IMG/VR virus record: IMGVR_UViG_3300048502_000136
Span: 34,433 to 98,432 of that record
Source of the DNA: a virus
Taxonomy: Duplodnaviria; Caudoviricetes
DNA: 64,000 bases
Direction: 5' to 3' (one strand)
Position 1 is the stretch's first letter. The number at the start of each line of letters is the position of its first letter. Of this stretch, positions 46,214 through 56,126 are shown piece by piece. Position numbers and translations under genes: made by a program. The notes beneath the pieces are model-generated. The model had not been told where the DNA came from and made no database searches. It saw nothing but the letters and a program-made list of their open reading frames with translations.

Positions 46214-47248
46214 TTATTTAGGCGTGCCCGGCTGGGGCGCTGCCGTGGCTGGCCCGGCCTGCTGCTGCTGCCGCCTCCTATCCACCTCCGCCCGCCACTT
46301 TGCCAACTCGTCGCCCTGGCTCAAATCGAGCCGGTCGATCTCGTGCAGATAAGTATCCAATCCATGCTCCGGCCCAGGCTCGTAGTAGCCGCCCGGCCAT
46401 TTTTTCATCAGTTCAGCAACCTTTTCAGGGGTCACGCGCGGCTTGGCTGGAAACATGATCCCGGTGCTCGGGTCAGGATGTTTCACAAAGTAAGTCCGCA
46501 CCAAAGTCTCGACAATAGTCTGAGATATTTTTTTGCTGGCGTTCTGCGGGTCCGCCACCTCGATCACCTTTTCAACCGGGTAGGCCTCGGAGTGCAGGCA
46601 GTCGCCCACCCACGAGGGCACAAGGTTGGTCGCTTTTTTGCCTGCAATCTGCGGGCCGTAGACTGATGATCGGTCCTCTTCCTCGGTCCTCGACTCCAAG
46701 GCCGTGAAGAGGACGTAATGGCAAGGGAGCGCAGAAAAATTAGTCACGAGCGAGTAAAGCGCGTTCTGCACGAAACCGTAATGCGCCATTGAGTTTCCAG
46801 CGAATGTCTCAGTTACGATCTCGCCTTCAACCATGACACGCAGAGAGAATGGGTTGGTCGCTTCCTGACCTGTTTTGACGTTGGCGTCGGCAAGATAACG
46901 CATGATCGACTGCGAGATAGAAGTCAGGCCTTCGACCGCGTAGCCGCCGAACTCCTGCCAGTTTACTTGGCAAAGATTGACCTTGCGAAAGTCGGATTCG
47001 GTCGGGTCTTTCGGAAAGTAACCTTGTGAGAGCTTGCGCAGGATCGGCAGCGGAAGGGTAGTCGAGACGCGGTACGGAACGATAATTCCTGCCGCGATCT
47101 CAGGATTCATTGGAGCCCAGCCGCCGCCGTCCATGGACACGAGGAGAGTTTTCTTGCCGGTCACTTCGTAGATGTAGTGCGAGAAGTGTTTAACGGAAGT
47201 GCTCTTATAACTTCCTGAATTCCCATAGTTTATGCCGGTGCGTGCCAT
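46214..47248 (-). CDS. Sak4/AAA_24-like ATPase (single-strand annealing protein candidate)
   Basis: YGNSGSYKST Walker A, AVEGLTSI Walker B, GPQIAGKK, AKPR. Confidence 0.75.
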   Translation of the reverse strand: MARTGINYGNSGSYKSTSVKHFSHYIYEVTGKKTLLVSMDGGGWAPMNPEIAAGIIVPYRVSTTLPLPILRKLSQGYFPKDPTESDFRKVNLCQVNWQEFGGYAVEGLTSISQSIMRYLADANVKTGQEATNPFSLRVMVEGEIVTETFAGNSMAHYGFVQNALYSLVTNFSALPCHYVLFTALESRTEEEDRSSVYGPQIAGKKATNLVPSWVGDCLHSEAYPVEKVIEVADPQNASKKISQTIVETLVRTYFVKHPDPSTGIMFPAKPRVTPEKVAELMKKWPGGYYEPGPEHGLDTYLHEIDRLDLSQGDELAKWRAEVDRRRQQQQAGPATAAPQPGTPK

Positions 47249-47532
47249 TAGACCGTCTCCTTCTTGATCTGCTTGGTCTTGGTCTGCGCCGTCCTGCCGG
47301 GGGCTTTCTTCCTGACCTGCCGGACGAGCGGGCCATACTCAGCCCCCAAGGAACGACGGTACTTCGCCGCGTACTCGGTCAGGACTTCCCGGATAATATA
47401 GCTGCGGTAGCGCTGCTCCAGAAGGCCGCGCACGGTCAGCGCCTCAAGAACAGAGACAGGAAGTTTTACCGCCTCCATGACAAGAGGGTCGATCTTGGCC
47501 AGGTCCGGGGGGTAAGAATTGTCGCGGGGCAT
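47248..47532 (-). CDS. ribbon-helix-helix-like regulator
   Basis: AVKLPVSVLEAL....RSYIIREVL. Confidence 0.6.
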   Translation of the reverse strand: MPRDNSYPPDLAKIDPLVMEAVKLPVSVLEALTVRGLLEQRYRSYIIREVLTEYAAKYRRSLGAEYGPLVRQVRKKAPGRTAQTKTKQIKKETV

Positions 47533-47641
47533 GATAGTAGTTGTCTCCGTGGATCGAGTTGATAAGGTGGGCAGTAATTGTGATGGTGCTGGCTGACTTT
47601 CCCGCCTGATTGACTGACTGTAATACTATGCTCAACTGCTG

Positions 47642-47926
47642 TCAACTGGAAAAATCCTCAAACACATGCCACACGAGCGGGCTGACGGAAACCGTTCCTA
47701 AGTAATGCCATTTCGACGAGACTGAATGGCCGGTCCCGACCAGATGAAATGTCCGGCTGAGATTCGGCAGGCTAGTATCCACCAGCAGCCACACCGTGAT
47801 ATAGGAGTCTTGCAGGCCCACGTGGTGAAGCCCGGTTGACGGGGGAGCCTCGATAGTGACAGGCGCGCCGAAGTTGCGGGCGGTTGTGTCGAACAAGGGA
47901 TACTTGAACATGCGAAGGTCTTTCAC
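47642..47926 (-). CDS. conserved phage hypothetical protein
   Basis: FKYPL...VGLQ....VW.LVD...R.F..VGTGH....YLGTV...LVWHVFE; GGAGG SD. Confidence 0.75.
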   Translation of the reverse strand: MKDLRMFKYPLFDTTARNFGAPVTIEAPPSTGLHHVGLQDSYITVWLLVDTSLPNLSRTFHLVGTGHSVSSKWHYLGTVSVSPLVWHVFEDFSS

Positions 47927-48049
47927 TTGGCGTCCTCCGAGATTGCCTTGCTTGTGTGTTTGGTTGCTTGTCGATCGAGCCACCAGCCGAGGATCAGGAA
48001 GAAAGGGACCGTCGGCAGGAGGATAGGGTAGGTGAGGATGCACGCGAGT

Positions 48050-48397
48050 TTATTTAGCCGCATTGGAATCCGGCCTGCCGATATAAACTGATGCGATCCA
48101 GCGACGATCTGAATCAGTCTCCAAGTCTACCTTGTCGGGGTCTACGACATTGACCCCAGAGTTCCCGAAGGATGGCCCGGTCACATCGTAAACAAACTTC
48201 AGACAGTGGGGGCAATACGCCAGATATGAGTTGCCTAAGAACCATTTGGACTTTACGGACTCGCCGCAGCAAACCAGATCATCCGGCATGGAATCAATCA
48301 GCCAGCCTTGCACAGCCACAGCCTCGGGCAACGTCTTCAAAGGCTGCTGATATGCCGGGTCAAGGCCTGTGTCCGCGTACTCTTGCAATGTCAGCAT
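48050..48397 (-). CDS. hypothetical Zn-binding protein, paralog of 21656..22054
   Basis: AAGGAG SD; strong alignment to the 21656 ORF. Confidence 0.75.
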   Translation of the reverse strand: MLTLQEYADTGLDPAYQQPLKTLPEAVAVQGWLIDSMPDDLVCCGESVKSKWFLGNSYLAYCPHCLKFVYDVTGPSFGNSGVNVVDPDKVDLETDSDRRWIASVYIGRPDSNAAK

Positions 48398-48398
48398 T

Positions 48399-48729
48399 TT
48401 AGTTCTCCTTGCTCGGCGAGCACGCATCGCATACGCCGATACCGTTGATGGAGTTGAATTGGAACCGGCACTTGCGGCAGGTGCGCAGGGTTTCAGTGAC
48501 TACGTACTGACCCTGCGCGTTCATGTGGCCAGCAGGGGTTTGTTGCGGGGCTGCTGTGGTAGCTTTGGCGTTGACTGCATCCACGATCTTCTGCGCGATT
48601 GCTTCAGCTTCCTGTTCCGTTTCGCCGAAAGTCTGAGCGACGTAAATTCCGCTATGGTCGCGGAGGTGTATTTCCCCATCGTCGCCTCGGAACGTTGTAA
48701 GTAAGTTCTGATCTAAGTGGCAGCTTCAT
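48399..48729 (-). pseudogene. gene frameshifted by a 4-bp duplication
   Basis: removing one TTAC copy joins MKLPLRSEL to TTFRGDDGEIHLRD...IVDAVN...CRKC...CDAC (108 aa). Confidence 0.6.
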
Positions 48730-50633
48730 ACTTCTCCTCCCTCATCTTCCCTAGTTTCCTGTGGGTGATTCGCCCGCCTGACTTGATACAACTCGCTCGA
48801 TTCAGGATTCTGCCGGATCGTCTGCGGGCCGAAACAAATCGGGCGCATCGCGCAAGCGCCAGGCCACGAGCATGATGTCCGGGTCTGCGGGAACCTGCGA
48901 TTCAACTCCGACCTGACCAGCGCGAGATCACCTTGCCGCTCGGCTGCCTGAACCGCTGCCACGTTCTCGGCGACCCTGATCTCGCTGGCTTCCAGTTGCT
49001 CCAGCATGTCGCGCATGTCATCGTCGTTGCGGTAGACCACGACTGGCGGAATGAACTGCTCAGCAAGGATATCTATCTCGCGGCCATGCTCGTCGTAGAT
49101 ATCAGGCTGGATTTCGCCCGCGTCCAGCATGTCGATCCACCGCGAGACGGGCATGAACTTCCAGACTGGGGCTTTCTTCCAGGCGCGATAGTCAAGCCGA
49201 GACGACTTCCCAGCCTGCGTGTGGAAAGTAAACGAGTGCGCCCATCGCCGGTCGTCGGCAGTGATGCCGTCAAACTTGTAAGCGCGGATTAGAGGCGTGT
49301 CGGCCACAAAGCGGTTCGGCATGGCAGGGTCGTTTTTATCCTTGCGGCGAGGGCCTTTGACGAGATATTCGTAGCGGACGCCGAGGACGCGAGGGGGCTC
49401 GGGAAGCGTGCAAAGCCAGTTCCATGTCGATTGGTTAACCGTCTGCACCGCATCGTAGCCTTCTGCAACTGAAGCATGACCTGCGTGAATATGAAGCCAA
49501 GCCTCTCCCAGCCGCCGCTCGATATCCACCGCCTCCGATAGCCCCTGCATGTCCACTTCCGCGTCGGCAGCCTTGCGACGGTCCCACGCGCCGGTCGTCT
49601 TGTAAGACATGATGTAGAGGTCAGAGGTCTCCCGGTTGCGCAGGAGAGCGTCGGCACGGGAGGCGAACCAGAGTTCGGCATCGCCAAGGCCGCCGGTTCC
49701 GGGCACCTCCCCAAGCTTCCACTCCCCCTCTCGTTCCACCTCCAACACCTCAAACTCGGCCAGCACCCCGCGCCAGCGCCGCCGCGCGTAGGCCCGGACC
49801 ATGGCCTCGACCTGCGCGGCCAGTTCTTCTTTAAGGTAGGTGTCGATGCCTGATGCCTGCATGGCCGAGGCTTGTGCAGCGACAGTGGCCTTTTCGGCTG
49901 CCTGGGCCTGTGCCTGGGTTTCTGTCTCATAGACAGGCGTGGCCCAGTCCACTTCGCTCGTGGTGTTAGCGGCCAGGGCAGCAGGCTGATCCATCTGCAC
50001 GGCTCCTAGTAAAGCAAGGGAGGCTTCAAGCTGGCGCGTGAGCGAGGCGGCGTCAGGGCAGACCTGCGCGAAGGCCGGCTGGTCAAACGTGATTTCTAGG
50101 ATCGGCTCAGCCTCGGCCCCGCTTGTCGGCTGCTTGAATTGCCCTGTGGCCCGGTCCCAGTCGTCGAAGCCAGCCAAGCCGGAGCCTGCTGCGAGCGCCG
50201 CCTGTTGCTGCTCCAGCCGCTCCATGTCGTCCAGGTCAACTCCATGCGCGCTGGCTTCAGCCAGTTCAGTCAGTGCAGCCACCACGGCCATGTTTTCAAT
50301 GTTTCGAGCAAACGTAATCTGACCCGGCCCGCGTGAAGTAACGAACAATACCTCAAGCTGCTCCGCGATACTGCTGTTGGGGCCTGTCATGTTGGTGGCG
50401 ATGTGATAAATCTCTCGCTGCCCTTCCCGCAGCAAAACCTCCAGCCCGGCATGGACCGCGCCCCCCAGCACGAGATGAATCGACTTGCGCACGGGAGCTA
50501 GGCCGCGATGCTCGGACCCTGCATGGTAGGCGAGATACCTGAGACGCTGGCAGCGATCCCGGTCTACCGTGCGCGAGCGGTCCACCCAGATACGGCGAGG
50601 CTGGGGCTGGTGGGGCTGGCGAGACTCTGTCAT
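48726..50633 (-). CDS. PD-(D/E)xK Cas4/AddB-like exonuclease
   Basis: RCQR.RYL.Y, LGGAVHAGLE, VEREG, RADAL, YKTTG, C-terminal C..C..C. Confidence 0.78.
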   Translation of the reverse strand: MTESRQPHQPQPRRIWVDRSRTVDRDRCQRLRYLAYHAGSEHRGLAPVRKSIHLVLGGAVHAGLEVLLREGQREIYHIATNMTGPNSSIAEQLEVLFVTSRGPGQITFARNIENMAVVAALTELAEASAHGVDLDDMERLEQQQAALAAGSGLAGFDDWDRATGQFKQPTSGAEAEPILEITFDQPAFAQVCPDAASLTRQLEASLALLGAVQMDQPAALAANTTSEVDWATPVYETETQAQAQAAEKATVAAQASAMQASGIDTYLKEELAAQVEAMVRAYARRRWRGVLAEFEVLEVEREGEWKLGEVPGTGGLGDAELWFASRADALLRNRETSDLYIMSYKTTGAWDRRKAADAEVDMQGLSEAVDIERRLGEAWLHIHAGHASVAEGYDAVQTVNQSTWNWLCTLPEPPRVLGVRYEYLVKGPRRKDKNDPAMPNRFVADTPLIRAYKFDGITADDRRWAHSFTFHTQAGKSSRLDYRAWKKAPVWKFMPVSRWIDMLDAGEIQPDIYDEHGREIDILAEQFIPPVVVYRNDDDMRDMLEQLEASEIRVAENVAAVQAAERQGDLALVRSELNRRFPQTRTSCSWPGACAMRPICFGPQTIRQNPESSELYQVRRANHPQETREDEGGEV

Positions 50634-50836
50634 TTAGCAGCCCACTTTCTTCCTTCTTCACGGACCATTTGAGCAGCGTCCCTGATGGCCAGGTTATATT
50701 CCTCGTCCAAGGCTTGCTGGATGAGGTTCACGCTTCTGTCGCTTCTGCAGCCGAGGAGATCAGCCAGAGATAAAGCGCGGTCGTGACTGGTTTCCTGCGC
50801 GGCCAAATCGTTAGGCATCTTCATCTTCAGGCCCAT
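50630..50836 (-). CDS. hypothetical protein
   Basis: ATGA-coupled to the nuclease. Confidence 0.5.
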   Translation of the reverse strand: MGLKMKMPNDLAAQETSHDRALSLADLLGCRSDRSVNLIQQALDEEYNLAIRDAAQMVREEGRKWAAK

Positions 50837-51019
50837 TTAGAGTCACCCTTTCGAGTCGGCTGATTTTTTGTTCCAGCGCATCGACACGCGCCTCAAGTGC
50901 AGTAATACGTTCAAGTTCTGTTTGCTGCTCGTGAAACTTCCACGCACGAGCAATAGGTGCATGGTGAGAATGGTGAGTATGCTTGAAAAGGGCTGTGTGC
51001 GCTTTCGTCATGCCCACAC

Positions 51020-51250
51020 TCACAACGACGGCGAAGGCCCATCTTCTTTCCCCTTCTTGCGAGATTCCCGTTTGAACAGCCTGAGCAACTCCAGCAACGT
51101 GATTCTGCAGGGGTCGAGTTCAATACTCTCTATCTGGGACTGGTTGTTAGGCCCCCAGATATGCGATTTGGTGTCCTGCATGCGCTGCTTCTCAAGAGTG
51201 GCCTGCGTGTCATGCGTGTAAATGATGAGCCGAAGTCGTTTGACGGGCAT
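51020..51250 (-). CDS. hypothetical protein
   Basis: TAATG coupling, GGAGG SD. Confidence 0.5.
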   Translation of the reverse strand: MPVKRLRLIIYTHDTQATLEKQRMQDTKSHIWGPNNQSQIESIELDPCRITLLELLRLFKRESRKKGKEDGPSPSL

Positions 51251-51474
51251 TAGAAAGGAGCCTCCACTTTATCTGTCTTTTTAGGCCAGAAAGCCACTTC
51301 TCGCCGGATCACATCCCCACACTGGGTGCAGACAAAAGCGTGTTCTATGATGACGCCGGGGGGCTGGGCCACATTCTTGCGCGTGACGGCGTCAGTAACC
51401 TGCTGGTATTTGTGCCCCATGCGGACACAAAAGGGATCGACTGCAGCGGCGGCGGTCTTTCCCGCCGGGCTCAC
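51250..51474 (-). CDS. small Zn-finger protein
   Basis: C...GH...CTQCG. Confidence 0.6.
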   Translation of the reverse strand: MSPAGKTAAAAVDPFCVRMGHKYQQVTDAVTRKNVAQPPGVIIEHAFVCTQCGDVIRREVAFWPKKTDKVEAPF

Positions 51475-51932
51475 GCTGCTCTCTCCTCTCCCGTCCAGCG
51501 CAACGAAGGGAACCGGGTCTCAAGCAGCCTCAGCACTTTTTGGGCGCGGTTGATCTTACGCCCTAAAGCCGATGTCTGCTTGTCGAGGCCCCGACAGAAT
51601 CGGGCTATGGCGGCCGACATCTCGACCGCCTGTTTATCCTCGCCGTACTCAGGAGAGAGAAAACACCAGCCGGTGCAGCCTTCCTCGCGGCACTCGCAGC
51701 GCAGGGTGCCACGGTAAGGGCTATTGGCGCGGGCTTGGGCAATCATCTCTTTTTGCACGTCGCGCAGGCGGCTGCTGATTGAAACAAGAGATGCGCGTGC
51801 ATCCTTCACGGCGGCGATATAAAGCCGCAGGTCGGTTGCCTTGTTGATCGGGGCCGGTGCCCTGCGAATGCGCCAGAGCAGGCCATGAGTGTTGGTGGTG
51901 GTGGCGGTGGCGGCGGTAGTAGCGGCAGTCAT
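51471..51932 (-). CDS. hypothetical protein
   Basis: GAGGGA SD; CEC....C.G. Confidence 0.6.
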   Translation of the reverse strand: MTAATTAATATTTNTHGLLWRIRRAPAPINKATDLRLYIAAVKDARASLVSISSRLRDVQKEMIAQARANSPYRGTLRCECREEGCTGWCFLSPEYGEDKQAVEMSAAIARFCRGLDKQTSALGRKINRAQKVLRLLETRFPSLRWTGEERAA

Positions 51933-52212
51933 CAGACAATCCCTCTTAAAATGCGCTAGCTAAACAACCTTGTCTGATTTCAACCATACCGCCACCTGCC
52001 CGCCGTTGTCAACACCGGGCTAAACTATTATCAACTATCCTGTGGATTTCTCTTCCGTCCAGCCTCGCAGGTCTGCTACATTCAGCTTATTGCCCTTGCT
52101 TGCCTTGCACAGGCAACCATCATAGGCTCAGCCTCGGCAGACTCGCAATCGCAACTTACAGTGGTCGGGCGCGGCTCGACCACTACATATAGGAAAGGCG
52201 GCACCGCCTTAA

Positions 52213-53592
52213 ATGTTTGACGACGAGAATTACGACGATTTGCTTGACATGGAGGGCGAGGCCAGCGCGAGCATGGACGACCTGGCTGACCTGCCAGCCA
52301 GCCAGCCCACCTCTCCTGCCCCGGCTCCTGCCCCTTCCTCTTCCTGCCTTCTGACCTCTTCCCTGCTCGACACCCGCGAAGGCGCGCAGCCTCCTGATGA
52401 CACCGCCCTGCCCTCTGAAATCATGCTGGAGCGCCGCCGGTACGCCACCCGGCCTAACCGGCACGCCACAATCCCAGGCCTGCTCCCGCAATGCTCGATC
52501 AACCTGCTCATCGGGTCAGGCCGGTCCGGCAAGACCACCCTTCTGCTGTCCCAGCTTGAACTGTATGCCTCGTCGGGAGAGTTTCTTGGCTACCAGACCC
52601 ATCCTGACCGGCTGCCTGCGCAACTCGGCTGCCTGGTCGCTTCCGGGTCGCTTGACGCCATACATGACCGGATTCACGCCATGCAACTCGAAGCGCTGGC
52701 TGACCCGACCGTGTTCCCCGTGGCGGACTGGGAGCCACTGCCAGAAGAAACCTTGGCCAGTGCCCTGCGCCGTCACCATGCCGGGCTGACTCAGGCAGCG
52801 AACCACCCGGTCCACCTGCTCGTGATCGAAGGCATACAACTCATGATGGAAGGATCAGGCAAGGTCAGCGACCCCAGGGCCATTCGGGACTTCTTCAAGG
52901 TATTCGACCAGTTCTGCTTGGACCGGAACGTGACGATCCTGGCCACGGTCGGCCAAGCCAAGCTTCGCCGGGGCGAGGCCTACCCGTTGCTGGCGGACCG
53001 CGTTTACGGCTCCCCGGTCTGGGCGCAGGAGTCACAAACCTTGATAGGGATCGAAGAGATGCATCTGCACCTGCCGGAGGAGCGCCGACCGAGCACAAGA
53101 AAGCTGGTGATCCAGCCGCGAGGGCTGGATGGGCCGAGGGACGAGCAGGATCAGGCCGAGGTGGCTAGCCAGCCAGCCAAGTCTGGCGGCCCGGCCTCGC
53201 TAGGAGCCTCTAGGACGCGCCGCCAGCCTGCCAGCCATACTAACCCTGCTTCGACCCCTCAGAAACGTCAGCTACCCCCCGCCAGACCCCGCCGTCCAGT
53301 CGTTTACGCCGACTTTAATGAGCAAGGCAGGCTGCTTTTGACGCCGACCGATCATGCCGAAGGGGAGTCTTCCTTCTTCTACAAGCTGGATGAGAAGCTT
53401 GACCTCGTTTTCGCCGAAGATCCAGACCGTGCTCTAACCAAACAGGATTTTGTAGACTGGGCCGATAAACTCGATATCAAACTGCGCACGGTCGAGCGCT
53501 GGCTGACCTCGCGGTGCGATGACCAGCTTGGAATGCTTGAGCGGGTCGGCGGATTGAAAAATCGGACGTACCGCAAGCCTCGGGTCAACTAG
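52213..53592 (+). CDS. RepA-like (AAA_25) replicative helicase
   Basis: INLLIGSGRSGKTTLL Walker A, LLVIEG Walker B, RVYGS..W; winged-helix-like C-terminus. Confidence 0.75.
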   Translation: MFDDENYDDLLDMEGEASASMDDLADLPASQPTSPAPAPAPSSSCLLTSSLLDTREGAQPPDDTALPSEIMLERRRYATRPNRHATIPGLLPQCSINLLIGSGRSGKTTLLLSQLELYASSGEFLGYQTHPDRLPAQLGCLVASGSLDAIHDRIHAMQLEALADPTVFPVADWEPLPEETLASALRRHHAGLTQAANHPVHLLVIEGIQLMMEGSGKVSDPRAIRDFFKVFDQFCLDRNVTILATVGQAKLRRGEAYPLLADRVYGSPVWAQESQTLIGIEEMHLHLPEERRPSTRKLVIQPRGLDGPRDEQDQAEVASQPAKSGGPASLGASRTRRQPASHTNPASTPQKRQLPPARPRRPVVYADFNEQGRLLLTPTDHAEGESSFFYKLDEKLDLVFAEDPDRALTKQDFVDWADKLDIKLRTVERWLTSRCDDQLGMLERVGGLKNRTYRKPRVN

Positions 53593-53604
53593 GAGGTCGT
53601 CTTG

Positions 53605-53622
53605 CCCCCCCCCCCCCCCCCC
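53605..53622 (+). repeat. poly-C tract (C18)
   Basis: direct count. Confidence 0.85.
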
Positions 53623-53765
53623 TCGCGCGTGGTGATCAAATCGGCGCTGCGCGCGCGATTATTAAAGGCAAAGGCCAGCCAGCGCCGCGGACCCGTTATG
53701 CAAACAACTTGCGCCTGCGGCGCGCCTAGTCCTTATATAAGATACATATAAGTGCTGGCGAAGAC

Positions 53766-53942
53766 GGCGGAACAAAAATAATCGGGCTTAACCTATAGCA
53801 AACAAAAGACTTTATTTCCGCCAATTTGTTCCGCCAAGGGCCTTTGTTTCAATCGAAAGGCGGAACAAATTTTTCGTGGCGGAACAAAAAACCGTGGCGG
53901 AAGAGAAACCCGCATGGATACTAGGCAAAACCCTTTTCCGCC
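53766..53942. repeat. iteron-like GGCGGAACAAA repeats; putative replication origin
   Basis: seven GGCGGAA cores in both orientations within an AT-rich intergenic region after the RepA-like gene. Confidence 0.7.
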
Positions 53943-54106
53943 ATTCCGCGCTGTACAGGAGGGGGGGATTTCCACATACAGTCAAGTGATTGAATCTAAA
54001 GCCACTTCCCACAAAACAAAAACCGCAATGTATAGTTGGTGATTTTTATGAAACTATAGAAACACGGAAACTCGTTAAAGTTTCAATCCTGTGGTAAGGT
54101 AGGTTT

Positions 54107-54589
54107 ATGCCCCCCAGACGGCCTTATAAAAAACGTGTTCCTGCTTACGCCACCGAGTTCGCCCACCGTCAGCAGATGGAAGATCGCCGGATGAGTTTAC
54201 GCGCCAGCCGCCTGTGTGAAGACTGTGGAAAAGTCCCTCCGGAAAAGAAACTGCATCGCTGCCGCGCCTGCCTGAACAAGCGAAAGGCCCAGGTTACAGC
54301 GGCTCGGTTCAAAAAGTCGCCGCTGGCCCGGATGCTTGAAGAACATCCGATCACGCCCTGCGCAGCGTGCCGGGCAGAACTGACGCCTAAGACGGTTTGC
54401 CAGTTCGGTGCCAGCGCATGGCAGTTTCACTGCTGGCTCTGCAGGGACTGCGCCGAGATAATTACACGGGCGCGGGCCAGTCGGCGTATCCTCTGCGGCA
54501 TTGCAAGGGTTATGATAGGTTGCACAGACTTGATCGAGACCAGGCCGCTGGCCGAGCCGACAAGCCAAGGAGCCAAGGAGCCAACTTAA
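54107..54589 (+). CDS. Cys-rich Zn-finger protein
   Basis: CEDC, CRAC, CAAC, LCRDC. Confidence 0.65.
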   Translation: MPPRRPYKKRVPAYATEFAHRQQMEDRRMSLRASRLCEDCGKVPPEKKLHRCRACLNKRKAQVTAARFKKSPLARMLEEHPITPCAACRAELTPKTVCQFGASAWQFHCWLCRDCAEIITRARASRRILCGIARVMIGCTDLIETRPLAEPTSQGAKEPT

Positions 54590-54590
54590 A

Positions 54591-54794
54591 ATGAGTCAAG
54601 TCCCGCCCACGCGCACGCCTTACAAGGCAACGAATATCATACCGAGCCTGCGCCCAAGCGGGCGAGTGACTATCACGGTCGATTCTGATCTCTTGCCTGC
54701 GTGCCAGGATCAGGCGCAGGCCATGGCCGTCTCGTTTGAGGAGTGGGTCCAGCGGGCAGCCAACGACGGCCTGCGCCAGATGCTGGGCGTCTAA
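54591..54794 (+). CDS. RHH/CopG-like protein
   Basis: VTITVDSDL...CQDQAQAMAVSFEEWV. Confidence 0.6.
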   Translation: MSQVPPTRTPYKATNIIPSLRPSGRVTITVDSDLLPACQDQAQAMAVSFEEWVQRAANDGLRQMLGV

Positions 54795-54839
54795 GCTGGC
54801 TAGGCTGGCTAGACTGGCGATCCCGAGGAAAGGCTCCTA

Positions 54840-55202
54840 ATGCCTACAACGACAAATCGCTGGCAGCTTGGTGTCATGTACTATAACGGCCTCGTCAACA
54901 ACCAGCCTTTCTTCACCCAGCCGGGCGGGCCGGGAACCGAAGTGCTGCCGACGCAGGCCAACTCGCAGCCGTGGCCGGAATACCCTGTCCCCGGCTTGGT
55001 GCTTCAGGAATACAACCCGTGGTGGTCGCCTGGCTGCGGTCACTCCATTAAATTCTGGAAGATCATCCAAGAGTGGGACTACACCACGGGGGAATCAGTC
55101 GCGCTGGTGTGCTGCTCGGTCTGCTCGTATGTGCAGTCGGCTCGGCTGGAACCGGCCTCGGAGTGGCTGGACCCTATTTACAATGCGATTATCGTGGGGT
55201 AA
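54840..55202 (+). CDS. hypothetical protein
   Basis: GAGGA SD; GCGH...CCSVC. Confidence 0.6.
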   Translation: MPTTTNRWQLGVMYYNGLVNNQPFFTQPGGPGTEVLPTQANSQPWPEYPVPGLVLQEYNPWWSPGCGHSIKFWKIIQEWDYTTGESVALVCCSVCSYVQSARLEPASEWLDPIYNAIIVG

Positions 55203-55326
55203 GGTTGAAAGTAGGCGGTGCAGGCCCGCAGTCGATACTTCGTTGCTAGTCAGAAAAAAGCCCAAGGCTAAAAACCTTGGGCTTTTTAATCTTTCCCGAC
55301 AATCTTCCATGGTTATACCTTCCCTC

Positions 55327-55569
55327 TTATTTCGAGTGAACCCACCACAAAAACCACACCACCACGGCGAGCGCCAGCAGTCTCTTCCCCCACTTCCTGC
55401 GAGCTACCCTGGCGCGCTCTCTGGCTATCTCGGCCTGCACGGCGTAAATCCTGAGCCGTTCGTCCTGCGCGGCTGGGCAGAGATGATGAAAAGGTGTAGG
55501 CCGGGCGCGCGCGTGGGGGTGGTGGCTGCCACGGTGACCTCCTGCGCCCGCGCCCGCGCCCGCGCTCAT
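55327..55569 (-). CDS. small membrane protein
   Basis: C-terminal TM; ATGA coupling. Confidence 0.5.
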   Translation of the reverse strand: MSAGAGAGAGGHRGSHHPHARARPTPFHHLCPAAQDERLRIYAVQAEIARERARVARRKWGKRLLALAVVVWFLWWVHSK

Positions 55570-56126
55570 TTCTCCACCTCGGGCTTGCCATCAGGCCACA
55601 CAAGCGGCTGCAGATTAAGCGCTTGCTGCCAGCCTTTCATGGCTGCATCCAGGCGCTTGCTAAAGTGGCTGGACACCACTTCAGCAAACGCCCAGAACAT
55701 AGCCAGCCATTCATCTTCGGTCTGTGGCCGATCATCTTTCAGCCAACCAAGAAATATTTCAGCGCTTCGACGCGCATCGTTATTGTGCGGTCCGTTTGGT
55801 GATCGAAAAAGGCCAAGCTGCTGTTGCTGCATCTGTTGTAGCTCGCTTATAACAAATGGGCTGGGCAAGGCCTGATATAAAACGAGCAACTCACCGAGCC
55901 GCTGGGTTAAACGAGAGTCCCTGTCATGCAGCCTCTCGACTTCTTCCAGCCGTAGCTGCTCCATGTAAAGGTGATTTGGGTCCGCCTGCAAGATTCCAAT
56001 AACGTGGCTCAGGTCATGATCGCGCGGGCTGACCCTGCCAGCCTCGTCTAGGCCACCGTCGATCATGGCGAGCAGGAGTCGGATGGCTAGCTGGGTTCTG
56101 TGATGTTCGTGCGCGACCCGAGTCAT
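55566..56126 (-). CDS. hypothetical protein
   Basis: 186 aa, ATGA-coupled. Confidence 0.6.
   Translation of the reverse strand: MTRVAHEHHRTQLAIRLLLAMIDGGLDEAGRVSPRDHDLSHVIGILQADPNHLYMEQLRLEEVERLHDRDSRLTQRLGELLVLYQALPSPFVISELQQMQQQQLGLFRSPNGPHNNDARRSAEIFLGWLKDDRPQTEDEWLAMFWAFAEVVSSHFSKRLDAAMKGWQQALNLQPLVWPDGKPEVEK

Noticed and set aside
54868-55875. 335-aa plus-strand ORF
   Set aside because: Spans genes on both strands; composition is not protein-like.
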